This document shows, piece after piece, positions 37,013-50,900 of a stretch of DNA of 64,000 nucleotides. Both the position numbers and the translations under genes were made by a program. Numbering within the stretch: position 1 is the stretch's first letter; every line of letters starts with the position of its first letter. The notes under the pieces are model-generated. The model saw only the letters and a list, made by a program, of their open reading frames with translations. It had not been told where the DNA came from and made no database searches. This DNA comes from Setoptus koraiensis (Eukaryota > Animalia > Arthropoda), in contig CM106585.1 of NCBI GenBank assembly GCA_048013815.1, positions 23,994,001 through 24,058,000 of the forward strand, given 5' to 3'.

Positions 37013-39722
37013 TCATGTATGTATGAGTGGTAGTGCCAGAAATATTGACGACATGATACTGACTAAGATAGTTGAGTAAGCTAAAGCTAAAGAGGAAGTA
37101 GAGGTTGCCGACGATGCTCTTAATCTGAGATTGTTACTATTAAATCCATTGTCCATTTGATGACCATAAGGGTGAGCACCATGGACAGGGCTGTTTGGAT
37201 CGCAATGTGGTGGCAGATTATTTGAATTTATGCCACCTATACAAGTCGCATAATTGATTACATGAGCTATATAACTTTGTTCTTGAACCCCTTGAAATAA
37301 ATGCGCATGAGGCCCCACGGAGAACACTGCAACATCTGTTCCATCATGAAATGCCTCCTCTTGATGTATTGCAGCATGTTGAACATAAAATGCTGTTAAA
37401 TCGGAAGAGTTGTCCTGTTGGCTTGGGTCTAATCTAGGGTAGTGATTACCTGGCCCATTTCCGTAGATGAGCGTGGTATAAGGTTTTCCGGTGGAATTCT
37501 CATTAAATCTGCTCAATCCCAGAATTGAGTTACCTCTAGGAGCTAGTCCATTAATAGTGAGCGCGCTTTATGTTCGAGAATAATTTAAGAAATGAATAAT
37601 AATTATGCGTGAGATTTATTGTGTATGTTTATATCAGCCCGATATCTGGCTCTTATCAGCTTGCTGACAGTTAGCTTATCAGATGATCAGGTCATTAGTG
37701 AGCCAACCAAACTTACTGTGCGTGGTCCGAGGTAACCTGACATTGTAGACGCAAGTGACATAATTGAGAAATTTCAGTTTGCTAGATTAGTTTGTTGTGT
37801 GTCCATACACTAATTAATTAAATATGAATGAGCCTCATACCGTAGAGTTGCGTGTGCCGTATAGAAATAGACTTACCGTGATTAAAGTGTCCCCAGTATC
37901 TACTAAATCCAAGGCCCTTTGTATGGCCTGAGAGAAGCTTATCGTTTCTCTGAGTGCAACACCGGCGACATTCTCATGACTGTCAGTGAGTGTCAGACAG
38001 GGGAGACACAAATAGATAGAACACAAACAGGAAGTTGACACAATTGTCGTTGTTACATTGAGCGTCATTTTGGACAAATATTGGCAAGAATTAAATTGAA
38101 TATGAATTGTTATCGCAATAAAAAAATAAGAATGCGAAATATTACTCACTGAGCGTGATCTATGCGGCCTCCCTCCACCAGTAGCACGTAACCTTTTGGA
38201 TTTTTCTGTAGTATCTTGATGGCAGTTTCGGTCATTTCGGCCAATGACGGTTCGCCGTCTAAATTTTGATCTCTCAGCTCTTCGTAGCTCATGTGACTAT
38301 AACTAAACAGGCCCAGTAGATAGTCCGTTTTTTCCAGATCTATTTCTCTCAGATGTCGCGTTGAATTGACAAAAGCGTAATTGCTTTGATTCTCTTGTTG
38401 GCGCTGATTGACCCATTGCTCCACTAAATTGCGCTTATCTTTTCTCATGCCAGGACTGTGAGGATCTTTGGGATCTAGCGCCTCAGCGCCGAAAAAACAG
38501 CGTCTTCCCCCGCCCATTATAACATTGATCTTGTTGCCTGGTTCGTCCTCAATTAATTGGCGCGCGATGTCCTTGCATTTGGAATCCAGATTTTTCGGTA
38601 CATAAATATCACATTCCCAGCGTCTATTCGACACATGAGCATAGGCTGCTGCCGGGGTGGCATGCGTTATTCTGATGATTGCGTCAAAAATAAACACACA
38701 CAATTAATATATGGTAGGGCCAACTAGTTTATGTATGGACAATTTTAATTAGTGATGTGTGTTAACTAGTCTCCTTACCTGGTGTTTGTTACAATTCCTG
38801 TCGATTTACCTGCTTTGATTGCTTTCTGAATGATGGATTGTACATGATTCTTTTGTATGTTTTGGCAATCAGTGTCATTGAGACGTACGTTGCCATTGAC
38901 GCCAAGTGTATAAAAGTTAGATTTAATTCCACACAATATGGCTGTTGCGGTGGCCGCCGAATCGGGTACTTGCTGGTCAACGTTGTATGTTTTTACTAGA
39001 GCCAAATTGGGAAATGACTCAAACGACAATTTGTCTTCTTCGCCCGATCTATTATTGTACATTTGTCCATGCAATATTCTTGCTGCTGTTATAGTGCTTA
39101 AGCTCATTCCATCGCCTACAAATATTATCGAGTTCTTTGCTCGGCCCACATTAACTTGATATCTCAGTGCCTCATCAAGGGCCTTTCTACCTTTCATTTC
39201 CCAATATTCATTTGTGTTCTCCTCTATGCCATGCTGATAGATGCGAGCCTCTGTAGCCTGTACCACTAGGCCAATTTGCATAATTGTTTGCACATGAAAG
39301 AATATTGCCATATGGTAAACTAATGTTTTCAACAAACAATTGTTTCGGAGTATCGGCGACCATTGTTGTCTAGTGTCAGATTTGTCTTTTGCGTCCATTT
39401 GATTAATTGATGGCATTGTGATTGATTGATTGAAAGATGGAATAGTTGTAACAGCGGCAACGAGCGGTTGCCGTTGTTGGTGTTGCTGTTGAGTCGAGGA
39501 AGCGAACCAATATTTGTCTTCATTGATGATAGTATTACCTCGTGAGACAATATTTTCGTTCCTGTTACCATCGGATGAAATGGTAAATCTTACATTCACT
39601 GATTCACCACTATAGTCACTGTCTGTATTTTTAGTAGATCTATTATTAATGTCACGAGTATTGGCTGCGTGATCTGACAAGCTAGTGAATATGTCACAGC
39701 ATCTAACTTTGTTTTTCGTCAT
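37013..39722 (-). CDS. Alp: Alkaline phosphatase, GPI-anchor type; exons 39722-38779, 38671-38150, 37979-37877, 37736-37717 and 37565-37013 (713 aa from the first ATG)
   Basis: Motifs IIFVGDGM, VPDSAATAT (catalytic Ser), VTNTR|ITHATPAAAYAH, VEGGRIDHAH|HEN, VTSDHAH and FHDGTDV. Four GT-AG introns (107, 170, 140 and 151 nt) join all segments in frame. Hydrophobic C-terminal tail (LALAYSTILVSIMSSIFLALPLIHT) is typical of a GPI signal. True start codon uncertain. Confidence 0.92.
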
Positions 39723-40800
39723 GATTACCTCTCAAATGCATATATTATATTTGCGTAATTATACAACCAACCGGCAGATACTGGTTGTGGTGGTTCTCTC
39801 TAATTAGGATTCTATTGTGTGTTTATATTGAACAATGAGTTTGCAATAATACATTGACGGCACATTGAAAATAGATCAAATAAATTGAGATATATTGTGT
39901 GCATGTTCGTGGATGAGAGATGATCCAAATGACCAGGTATAGTTAACAAATAACCGCAATGATAGTTTGGGAAAGAGTTTGTTTTTGCTTTGCGATTAGA
40001 TAATTGCAGATGAATGCGACGTTATATAGTTATTATGGTAATTTAATATTATATTATGGTAATTGCGTTTTCAGTCTCGGTCAATTAACACTTTAATGCT
40101 AACTAGAATGCTAACTCGATAAGATTGTTGCTGTTCGCATAAGCTCAGCTATAGACATAGTTTGCAAATGAAAATACGACAAACAAGAATAATATCTGGG
40201 CATTGTATTGTGACGATGATGGTGATGGTAATGGCAAACATAACATTAACGCCCATTAGCAGCTACCCAAACAATAACAGGTTACTCGTGCTCGAGGCCT
40301 ACTATTGGTTACCTTTGGGTATTTCTGGAGCTACAGCAAACAATTTGCAGATAGTTATAATGATGGCATCATCACAAACAACAAACTAATTTATTATCAT
40401 TATTATTGCATATGGCATTCTGGTTTGACACTCACCTTCTGGTTTTTTGTGCGTGCACCTGAGGTACTGTGTGCGCTTGCCGGATACGATATCTGTTTTC
40501 TTTGGTCTGGTCTCGGTGTGTCTTGAGTATGAGAAGTATTGTTATTAAGGTGACCAGTGTGTGAGCACGACAAGCAATGGCGATTGTTTAATAGAGATTG
40601 AATACTCTCACGAGGGTGTCATGTCGATGAGAGACAAGTGTCTGGGGAAATATTATCAAGAATGGATCGTTGGTAATCTCTTTTATCGATTCTGGTGACT
40701 ATAAATAAACGAATGGATCCATGTCAAGACTGTAGCTGTTGATTGGTGCAGCGTTCGTTTTCAGTGCTGCTTGATTGGCTGATTAGCTGATTGGCTGGTC

Positions 40801-40860
40801 GGTTGTTCGGCTGGTCGGTTGTTCGGTTGTTCGGTTGTTCGGTTGTTCGGTTGTTCGGTT
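40801..40860. repeat. 8-bp tandem repeat (GGTTGTTC)n
   Basis: About seven copies read directly, with GGCTGGTC variants. Confidence 0.8.
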
Positions 40861-43800
40861 GGTTAGTTGACAGAAATGGTTCGGCAAATAGGAGAGTGCA
40901 AGAAGGAATTTCGTTTTAACAAAGGTTCTCATTTATGAATTGAAATATAGGCTGCACTCGCACACACTTATCAATTAGATAAATGCTATTGCAAATTCAA
41001 TTAGAGTCGAATCACTGAATATGCCAAATGAACCAGCCGTGAGCGTGCTGTTGTCTCTAGTGTATCAGTGTATCAGTGTGCCAATAGTGTGACAACAATC
41101 AACAACAGTTAATCTAGCTTGCCAAATACAACATGCACCACAGCATGAGATGAACAGTGATTGAACTGCGCAATATCTTGCCCAAGCGCACAGTGACTAA
41201 CTGAGCCAAAAAGGAAAAAATAACTGTAAAGATTGACGATAACAATAACGTTCTCGTTCTTATTTGTCTGACGCTGTGCTATATCGGTATATGAATCTGG
41301 CTGGATTATAATGGTTTCGCTTTGGTGCTCATCCATCGCACCATGCATCCCGTATGCCCCGTTGGAGTGTGTTGTCGACTAGAATATCTGGCTATTGTCA
41401 GGATATTATCGTAATGTATCGAAAATGTCGCGCAAAATGGAAACCCAAAATAGCGGCCATGGTGACAGTGTTAAATAGTGGATAAGACGGCGCAACCAGA
41501 CAAAACGACACCAACATGCGCCGCGTTGGTTGCTGTGGTCTGTTTCACCTAGGCCGACCCACACACCAATTCACATATGTGAATAATATGTATTCACAGC
41601 GTGAATTTTAAACAGAAATTGGTTGCTTGACAAGAATAATCGCCATTAATCTAGCATTGAGCTACCATCATGACCACTTTTGCGCACCAATAGTCTCGCT
41701 TTCTTTTTATAAATACACGTATTGTCTATATATTGTCAGTGGTGTCAGTGTGTGTCAAACACTGAATTCCATCATTCATGACTATCCACCGAAATCTCGT
41801 TTTTACTCGTTGTCACTAATAGACAGGGGCCCCGCTCCAAAAAGTAGCCAGGCGACTGGCGTTACTCTTCATTATTGTCCGTTATCTTTCGCCACCATCT
41901 TTGGTCTCCATTCAAACTGTCGGTGTGAACATAAGCTGTGATTGTGTCTCAACTCTCTCCCTCTCTCTGCGTTCGTCCCCAACTCCAACTAACCGCAACT
42001 TATCTGCTTTATTATCCGTGCCCAGACACAAGCACCCACAGACTCTCCCTACTTAATTTATCTATTTGTATTTCCACTATCTGCTCGTCTCTGTTATCAG
42101 TCCGGCCGATCTAGCTTAAAGTCTATCTAGACACACACACAAACATTATATATATAAACAAATATATATTTATTGGGATGACAATGTACAAGTATACATT
42201 GAAATTCAAATTAAATCATACAAAAAATGTATGTTCGGATGATGGTGCTATCAAGCGTAATAAACTGTTTGTTTGCCACCATCTCAGAGCGCGCAAACAA
42301 CAACAGCAATCTGATCCTATCTGATCAGATTAAATCGCCGAGAATATTTTCTTGCTTGTCGTCACTTGTCGTCGTGCACCGTCAGCTTATCACTCGTATA
42401 TCATTGTAATAATATACCATTATTATCTTTTTTGTCATAGACGAAGTTTGTCTTGGCAAGTTGATTGAACTGACTGAGGTCTCATCTTTGCTGCTGCATA
42501 CAATCTAGATGACACAAAGCATAAAAAAGGAGAATATAAAATATTATTCTCTTTGCTCCAGTTTCTTCAGCTACTTAACTCAGACGACTCACAATTGTTG
42601 TGATTCAGAAGGTTTGTCACATGCACAAACGTGACATGTAACAACGGCTTGAGCTGTTTTGCGCACAAGGTGTCGTGACTACGATATATGATGTAAACTA
42701 ACTGTATGTCGTGTGATTTGTCTGTATTTTACACTGTCTGTAGAACATTTGAATATCACCAATAAGCTAAAAACCATTTTTAGCTAAAACGGATATTTGC
42801 TAATTTTGATGAAACAATTTGATAATTGAGCATTTGGCTAGAGATTTGCTCATAGAATGGCTTTATTTTGGACTGTGTATTGCACTACAAGCAAACACAG
42901 AAATCAGCGCCTGTAAGGAGCTTTTACCTGTATGATTATGAATTAGACAACGACGAAACTTACCGATTAGTTTGTCGATGATGTATTGACTATTGGGATA
43001 CTTTTCGTTGTTGTATTCAAATTGACATTTATGAGTTCACTTATGGATGCTGTTGTTGCTTTACTGTTGCACTGTAGCCAATTGGTGTGATATATTGTGA
43101 TATGATCAACAACAAACTATCTAAGCACTGCATTATTATTGATATCAATTTGGATATCATCATTTGAAATTGTTGTTTGACTTTGTCATTGTATTGATGA
43201 TGGTGAGTTTTCTTTTGCGAGACCATGTATGATTGACACACTAGTAATGTGCTTGAAATATAACTGCAAATATAACTGCCTAACTAACTGTTACAATCGA
43301 GAACGAGAAAGTTTGTATAAGGCCAGATATAATAATATCATCATCATTAATAATAATGTGTGTGTTGTTCCAGTTTACAGTTTAGTAGAGTTTGTTCTGT
43401 TGATTGTGGTTATTATTGCCGCTGTGATTATACTGGTGACTGACGGAGTGATCGATCAGTGAGTGGTCACTCTCTGATCGATTGAACTTCTCAGCAGCAT
43501 CTCAGTTTCTTCAAAGGCATGATAATACTAGCTCTAGAGAGAGAGAGGGCCATTATTTAACCAATCAATGATAGCCTGTTGTTGTTGCTGCTGACTTTGC
43601 CGGTGTGATTGACAGGTGACACAAACAACAAGCTTGACGGGGCAGACAGATGGAGGACATTGTAACTCCGAACAGTCGGTTGTGTGAGAGCAGCGACATT
43701 GAAACATGACTGCATCATCAAGTTGTAATGTTGTGTCTTATGGTTTATGGCTGCATGGTGGTGATCTAAGTGAGAATTCTCTCATTTGAGCTGCTGCAAC

Positions 43801-44178
43801 CTGCAACAACTGGACACAAATAGACAAATAGACAGGACAGCGCAAGACAAAACGTAACATCAGACGCTGATGATCAGAGGCCATGTTGGCTGCATCAATT
43901 AAGGCCAACTGACACAACACTTGACCGTTACCTCTCTCTCTCTCTCTCTCTCTACATCTTTTTCCAATGGCTCGTTGACTTCTAATCACGTATGTCTGTG
44001 AGAGATGTTACATAATGTTTTGCTTTGCTTTGTTTTGTTGCTTTGTTTTTTATTTACTACTTGTCACAACTAGTCAACACTTTCTGGCCACCATCAGCTG
44101 GCATCAATGTGCCATCTATTTTGAAGTGTCTATCTCTCTAATGATACGGTTCAACACACCTTCAGAAACGAGTCAATC

Positions 44179-44220
44179 CACTGAGCTCACCAACACTGAG
44201 CTCACCGACACTGAGCTCAC
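44179..44220. repeat. 15-bp-period repeat, CACTGAGCTCAC x3
   Basis: Three identical 12-mers at 44179, 44194 and 44209, separated by 3-nt spacers; each contains the palindrome TGAGCTCA. Confidence 0.85.
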
Positions 44221-46309
44221 AAAGACAGACATTATGTGAACACAATCTGACAGCTCAAAGTCTTGTAAAGTCTTACAAATCATCAGATCACAAATAGCAA
44301 ATTGGTCAATCAATTTTGCCAAATGAGCCACCATAGCATATGTGCTCATTAAGACATGACTACCTTTTACCTTGGACCATTCAATACTTCACTGACAAGT
44401 CCCCTCCAACGATATGTCAAAATGTGTGCTGTTTACAGGTAATTTGGCCAGTGAAAATTGTTGTCATTTCAGTTGAAAAGTGCACAAATGTTTCTGCACA
44501 CTATTCAGTGAATAGTATTCACCAAATATCCACCAAGTACCCAAACATTTATCAATGTTTATCCCATTGAAATAGATGCGAATATCGCCAATTCAATGTC
44601 AGTCGACATTGAATTGACTCATTATAGAAATAACACCGACCCTATTGTTGATTAAACAATGCCCCATGTTTATACATGTCAAATGGCTGAATGAGGTGCT
44701 ACTGGGTATTGTGTTTATTTGCTTTGTTGTTATCTGTAGATTAGCCCTCTCTAATAGTAATCGCTTATGATGGCAAATTCACGCATTCCAAGTATCATGC
44801 TCCATTTAATTTGTAGGTGGTTAATCCGTGATGAACGTTATCATTTTGCCAACAAATGGTATGCGACGAGAAAACGAAAAACGCCAACAACAGCAACAGC
44901 AAAGTATTTGGGCTTCGTTTTTCCACGAATCACTTCTTCATTTCAGTTCAGCTAGACACCTAGACGGGGGTTTATTTCTGAGCAGTTATCATGCAGTTAG
45001 GTCATCATCACTGATGGTGCAAACTACAATTATAATGTAGGCTATAATGAACAGCATCATCAAGCAATTTGATGATAAGCAAGAGAGATGCTGCTGACGA
45101 TCGTCTCAGTGTAGATTTCGTGCCAAAAATGGCTTCTCAAATATCTCTTTGGTGCTATCTACATTTAGCTTGAACTCAAAATAAAGTGTAAAGCGCCCAT
45201 GAGTAGAGTTGATAATTTTGTCATTTACCAACTCATTTATGAAATCTGATCTCCTTCCATGGCTGCAACAACGGGCAAGCAAATATAAATAAATGTCCGC
45301 AGATATTTATAGCTAGATAATTGAATGAATAGAGCAACTATGGTCGATTGTCACGTGCTCGAGCACAATCCATCTTATACATCGACGATGGTCACTTTAT
45401 GGTTTCGCACTGAAGCAATTACAATCAAGGGACACCAGATAGCTTTTTTCGCTCATCAGCTAATCTATGAAAGGGTCATCTAATCTCCATCATCGTCTCA
45501 TGTGTCCTCAGCCTCTATATATAAATATGCTTATATATCGACCATGTGTTTATCACATCGACGATGAAAAGAAATAAATTCAAAATAAACTCTTTATATA
45601 ATCAACAAAGTGAACTGACAATGTGAGCGACCTAATTGAACCAAAGTAACCAAAACAATCAATCAACTCAACAAATCTATCTTCTATCTCTTTGTCTCGT
45701 CTACCGTTGATATCATTAGTTAATTGCAGCAAGCTTGCGATCCGGGTCATCACACAAATGCAAACAGTTACATAAGTGTCGATCGAAACAGAACAGTTTG
45801 TTTGTCGCCGTGCATTGTCGCAAACACACAAACATTGGGCTACATCCTTGTTTGCATCATATAATTGACACACTGTTGTGTTCTCATGCCAATACAAGCT
45901 TCTAAGGAAATGGACATTTTACATTTGGACTAGATCCAATAAAAGAAAAATGTTCCGACAATTCCATTACACACAACATTATGCAATTAATTACAGTACA
46001 TTGTGCACCTGTCTCGAACAGTTGATACATGTAGCTGAACCTGTTTATGTGAACCAGTCGTATGCCGGTTCACGCAAGCACCCAAGCATCATTGAAATGA
46101 TCACCAATCAAAGCTTATATCACATTGTTGTTTATTACGTAATGGTATATAATTTAACGTTAGCTCTTTCTGTGCGCTTGCCGTGTCAATGCTTGTGTCT
46201 TGTTCAATTGACGATTCTCAATTCATCCGATCCAATAGTCAGATAAAAGATCAACTTATCACGTGATCGTTGGAATTAGTTGCTCACAAGTCAATTCAAG
46301 TTAGTTATT

Positions 46310-46579
46310 TTATAAAATCGGTTGGCTCTTTCTTGTTTTGATTAAATAAGGTTCCACCACCAGGGGAGTAATTTTATCGTCAATCGCTCTGAGGTCCTCC
46401 AAAGTGCCAGTCCTCACCTCATATCCACCTGAAAATACTGGTTGCACTGATGCGTACTCGACGCCATCTATCACTCTTACATCTGCGACATCCCCGTCCA
46501 ATGAATTACCAACGACCATATGAATATTGCAAATCATAATGCACATAGATAAGATGATAAACGTTAATCTTTGAGTCAT
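46310..46579 (-). CDS. Putative small secreted protein (89 aa), orphan
   Basis: ATG in a CAAA-ATG context. Signal-peptide-like N-terminus MTQRLTFIILSMCIMICNIHMVVG followed by a 65-aa complex, Cys-free mature region. TATAAA on the minus strand at about 46767-46772. No homology recognised. Confidence 0.55.
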   Translation of the reverse strand: MTQRLTFIILSMCIMICNIHMVVGNSLDGDVADVRVIDGVEYASVQPVFSGGYEVRTGTLEDLRAIDDKITPLVVEPYLIKTRKSQPIL

Positions 46580-47949
46580 TTTGATTTTTCTAGATTTGTT
46601 TTTCTAGATTCTGTTTGTTGTATCTAGAACTAATTCAGTGAGACTGCTTGCAAAATAATTGAACAGCTGCTCAAATCTAATATCTCGGCATGCTTATTGG
46701 TTATGGGAGGGCAACTTCCCAATAACAAATAAATTGGCTAGCCCGCAGGCCGTAAATTTGCCAGCATTTATACCAAATTAGTTGCGTTAATTTTTAATCT
46801 GTGACAGTGTCATAATGATAGTTATCAATATAGTCAGAGTTGAGCAACAACAAATATATATGTTATATGATACAGCGGCAATCGATACCCGAGACAGTGT
46901 TAACTCTGTATCCATCATCACCACGCTTGCCTGTTTGCTCACTTAATTGCTGCAATTGTTGCTAAGCTCTATAATTAATTATATCGTAGTAATTATCACT
47001 CTAGCTAGCCTGCTTTGGGCGAACTCGTTCTCCCAAGATTGGAGAAAATTTGCCGTAAGGCGATCTCGCTCTTGTTGAATCGCGTATTGGATTGTACGCG
47101 ATTTTACGTCATCGCTTTCCAGTTTGTACATTTACAGATATGTGCATCAATTGAAATGAATGCGACATATGGATTCAATTTTGAGTAGCTAGATATTATT
47201 CTTTATTCAGCTTGGAGAATCGGCAGAAACTACGTTTTGTGCGATTTTGTGCAGATAAATCCGTTTGTGTGTCTACTTCACTAAAACAACGCGGCTGCCA
47301 ACAAATTTTGCAACAAATACTACATTGGACAACACTCTCGGACGGGATTAAAGAAATTCTTGATGTCATATTGTTGATATCCGTAGCTGACAAGTTGTGA
47401 GTGTCCCGATGTGACCCACATGCACCATATGCTGTCGCTGGTGTACTCGAGATTTGAGCCCAGACCACATGTAAATAGCGCCCTCAAAAAGCTTATAATC
47501 CCATTGACATGGCCTGGGGACTTGGCAGTGCAAACAATGGAAAAACATTGCACGAAGATGAACATTACATAATGCGATACATGCATAGAGACAAACTCTT
47601 TCTGAATGGCAAGCGAAATAATATCGCCCCAATTGCAAGTTTCCAAAGCCGTTGCTCGCTGACACCAAAATGAAATGTTGTGATAGTGTCACTGGTATAG
47701 TTTTTATTTTCACTATTATTATTATTACAACTACTATTGATTACTACTATTACTAGGGAATGTGTGTAGAGGAAAGTGTGATTGAATCTCAATTTCGATG
47801 TCACTGTTAGCACTGTTGGCATACATTATATTTTGGTCTTCATTACTAGAAATCATATTCTCTTGTGAGCTAGCGACACTTGTCGGCATGTAAGCTAAGT
47901 GAGTGCGTAACTGTAACAAGATAGTTTCATTAGACCGTCTAGAGAGAAA

Positions 47950-50900
47950 CTAAACTCGCGCTCTTATTTTGAAATAGATGGTGACAAAAGTGACTATTCT
48001 GATTATCACCAACATTAGCGCTAAAGCGCCAAAACTATACCAAAGGTCCGAATCTTTTAGATCAAACTCAATCATTGCATAGGGTGCCACTTGTTGGCAT
48101 TGGCTGATGTGCTGGCCAAATGTTTTTGCTTTTGTGAGCGCGGATAGCATCTTGTCGACAACGTCAATATTTGGATCAACATTGGTGGTGGTTCTATTGT
48201 GTTTGATGGCGAATTGCTGCAAATCTGTGTCATTTAAATATTCATTAGAGTAAGTGCCTATCCACATACTGACTGTTGTCTTCAAATGTTCAGGTATTTT
48301 GTGTCCACCATTATTGTAGAAATCTTCCTCTTCGCAATGGCACACATTGAATCCGTATCTTGCCACTATCAATCCGTTTAATAAATGAAACAAATAAGAT
48401 ATTAGTTGTGCAAACAAACGTGGCACCCAAGTGAGCGTGTGTACTCGTGTGACAAAACCAGACAATGCAAACACGGGCGCCACTATGGCCGCTGAACACA
48501 GCACGGCCGATTGGGGCGATTTCATAAGTAGAGCGCCTACGATTAGGCCACTACTTTGTGCTATCAAGCTGGCCAATATAACGAGCCCGTTGAGCGTAAA
48601 AAAGCGCCACTCCAAATATGAGCTAGGCTGTCCTGTTGCGTAATATAAAATGGCCATGGCCATTGTGTGTAACACTAACGGTATGGGCAAATCGACCAGA
48701 GTTCGCGCTATGAAATAAGACAACGAATTGTACCAACCGTTTCTGTATTCCTTGATTAGCACGTGCATGTCAGAGGGAAAAACGAGTGCCGTTATGCAAT
48801 TGATTGCGAAACACAATACAAAGGTCTCTAGAAATATTATTCCAATGTTGCTTATGCTGCTCCTAATTGATGTGAGCGTTGCTCCAATTAAATCATTTTC
48901 GTCGCTTGAATAGGCAAATTCAACCAGATCGAAGCCACCCAATTGCGGACAACTGTCAATGGAGGTCCTACCAAATATCATAGCCAGCATAATGGGTATG
49001 CAAGTGTGCATTGTTAATTGGATGCCAAAGAAAACGGGATCGCGCACCTTCGACAGCCACGTTCTGCACGACAATTGATAGGCATGATAACAGGTGTCGT
49101 ATCGGCGCTTTGAGCAGATATATTTGGCGCTCAGACACTTGTCAAAGTCTCTCATTGACGCTGGCTCATCAGCGCCGCTGTCAAGCTTGCCGTCAAGCCA
49201 ACCTTGTTTCGATGGGACACATTTTGATGGCGCTGATGTGGCGCCCTCTAGATTTTGCCGTCCCGTTATAATAGTACATTTGTTATATACCTTTGTTGCA
49301 TCATCATCATTGTTGTCACAATCATTGTGTTGAGGCACCTGTTCCAGATAGCTGTCAGTGGCGATCAGCTGTTTGTTGTTGTTGTTGTTGTTGTTTGTGC
49401 TAGACAGACAAGAGTCATGCGAAGATGTCGAGGCAGCAGACGATGATGATGCCGATGACCTAGAGGATGTAGACGCCAACGTGCTCAATCCACTACAAAC
49501 ATTTGTTACGTCATTGGTATTACCGCCACTAGAGGGAGCGGTTTTATCCGATGTAGGCGTTGCAACCAGTCTTAGCGAGGCATAATCCGAATGATTGTTG
49601 TAATCTGTGTCTGTGTCATCATCGCCACTACTTGCCGTTTGACAACTGCCCGACCCGAATCGTGTTGCCCCCCTTTTACCAAGACACTCATTGCTACTGG
49701 CCAATTGCTTATGTTGTTTTTGTTGTTTTGTTTGTTTGTTTTCAACTAAATGGTCAACCGGATGTGAGTAAGACAGCAACATATTTGTCGTGCCATATTG
49801 TTGTTTTTGCAAATAATTCAACTCTCTCAAAATGTTCAATCTGTTGTGTGACTGTGGGCTATTGTTGCAATTATCAGCATTGTTATAATTATCAGCGTTG
49901 TCATGATTGTCAGCGCCATCAGAGGCCCGTGTTCTCAAGAAGGCGTTCTCTACAACAAATCGGGCCGGATTGTAATGCTTCGGTACGGACAAACCTACCG
50001 AGGTCATTCGTTGTGGCAGCTTGTCGGGCGGCCCCTCGTAAATGGCCACACCTCCTTGTGCTATCACATAAACATGATCAAACAGATTAAATACATCAGT
50101 GTCAGGCTGATGAATAGTCAATATAATAGCTATAGGCAATGTCTTAATTAAGCGTTTCAATGTCAGCACAGTATTATAACAGGTGAGTGCATCCAAGCCG
50201 GAAGTTGGCTCATCCAATATGATAACGTCGGGATTGCTGAGCAGTTCTTGTGCAATACTGACCCGTTTATACTGGCCACCGCTCAGTTTGTGGCAGCGGG
50301 TCGACAGGCATTCGTTTAATTGCAATTGATCCACAACAGTTTGTACGTTAGCACGATGATAATTATTTATTTGATTGGTGGTACTTAGTTTCTTATTATT
50401 ATTATTAACTTGTTTATCGCTCTTGAAGCGATTCTTAATTTTTGATGCAAACATCAATGATTCTAACACAGACAAATGATCTAATAGGTGGTCATCTTGG
50501 GGAACAATGGCCACGTTAAGAGTGCGCCGATAGTTTGACAGTTTGCCACTAGCTGGCTCGTACCATTGTACTCGTGTCTCGCCCAACGCGTTGTCCTGTT
50601 TCTTGCCAAACAAACAATCAATAAAGGTCGATTTACCTGCGCCACTTGGTCCCAATATAGCACTCAATTCACCTGATTTGAACGAGCCATCTAGTGAGCG
50701 TAGCAGAAGCTTTTTCGTTTTGTTTCTACTAGCCCATCTACTGCTACCGTTGACCATGTCCAAAAGTGATGGCTGCCAATAGTAAGTGAGATCACGCCAC
50801 TCGATGCTGAATGACATTTGATCACTATTATAATTATCACTAATAGTTGAAAGAAGCGTCTCTTGTTCTTGCGCATCTTGTTGCTGTTGCTGTTGTTGTT

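Noticed and set aside
47196-47919. Several overlapping minus-strand ORFs just downstream of ABCG
   Set aside because: No frame stands out or has recognisable motifs; probably the ABCG 3' UTR.
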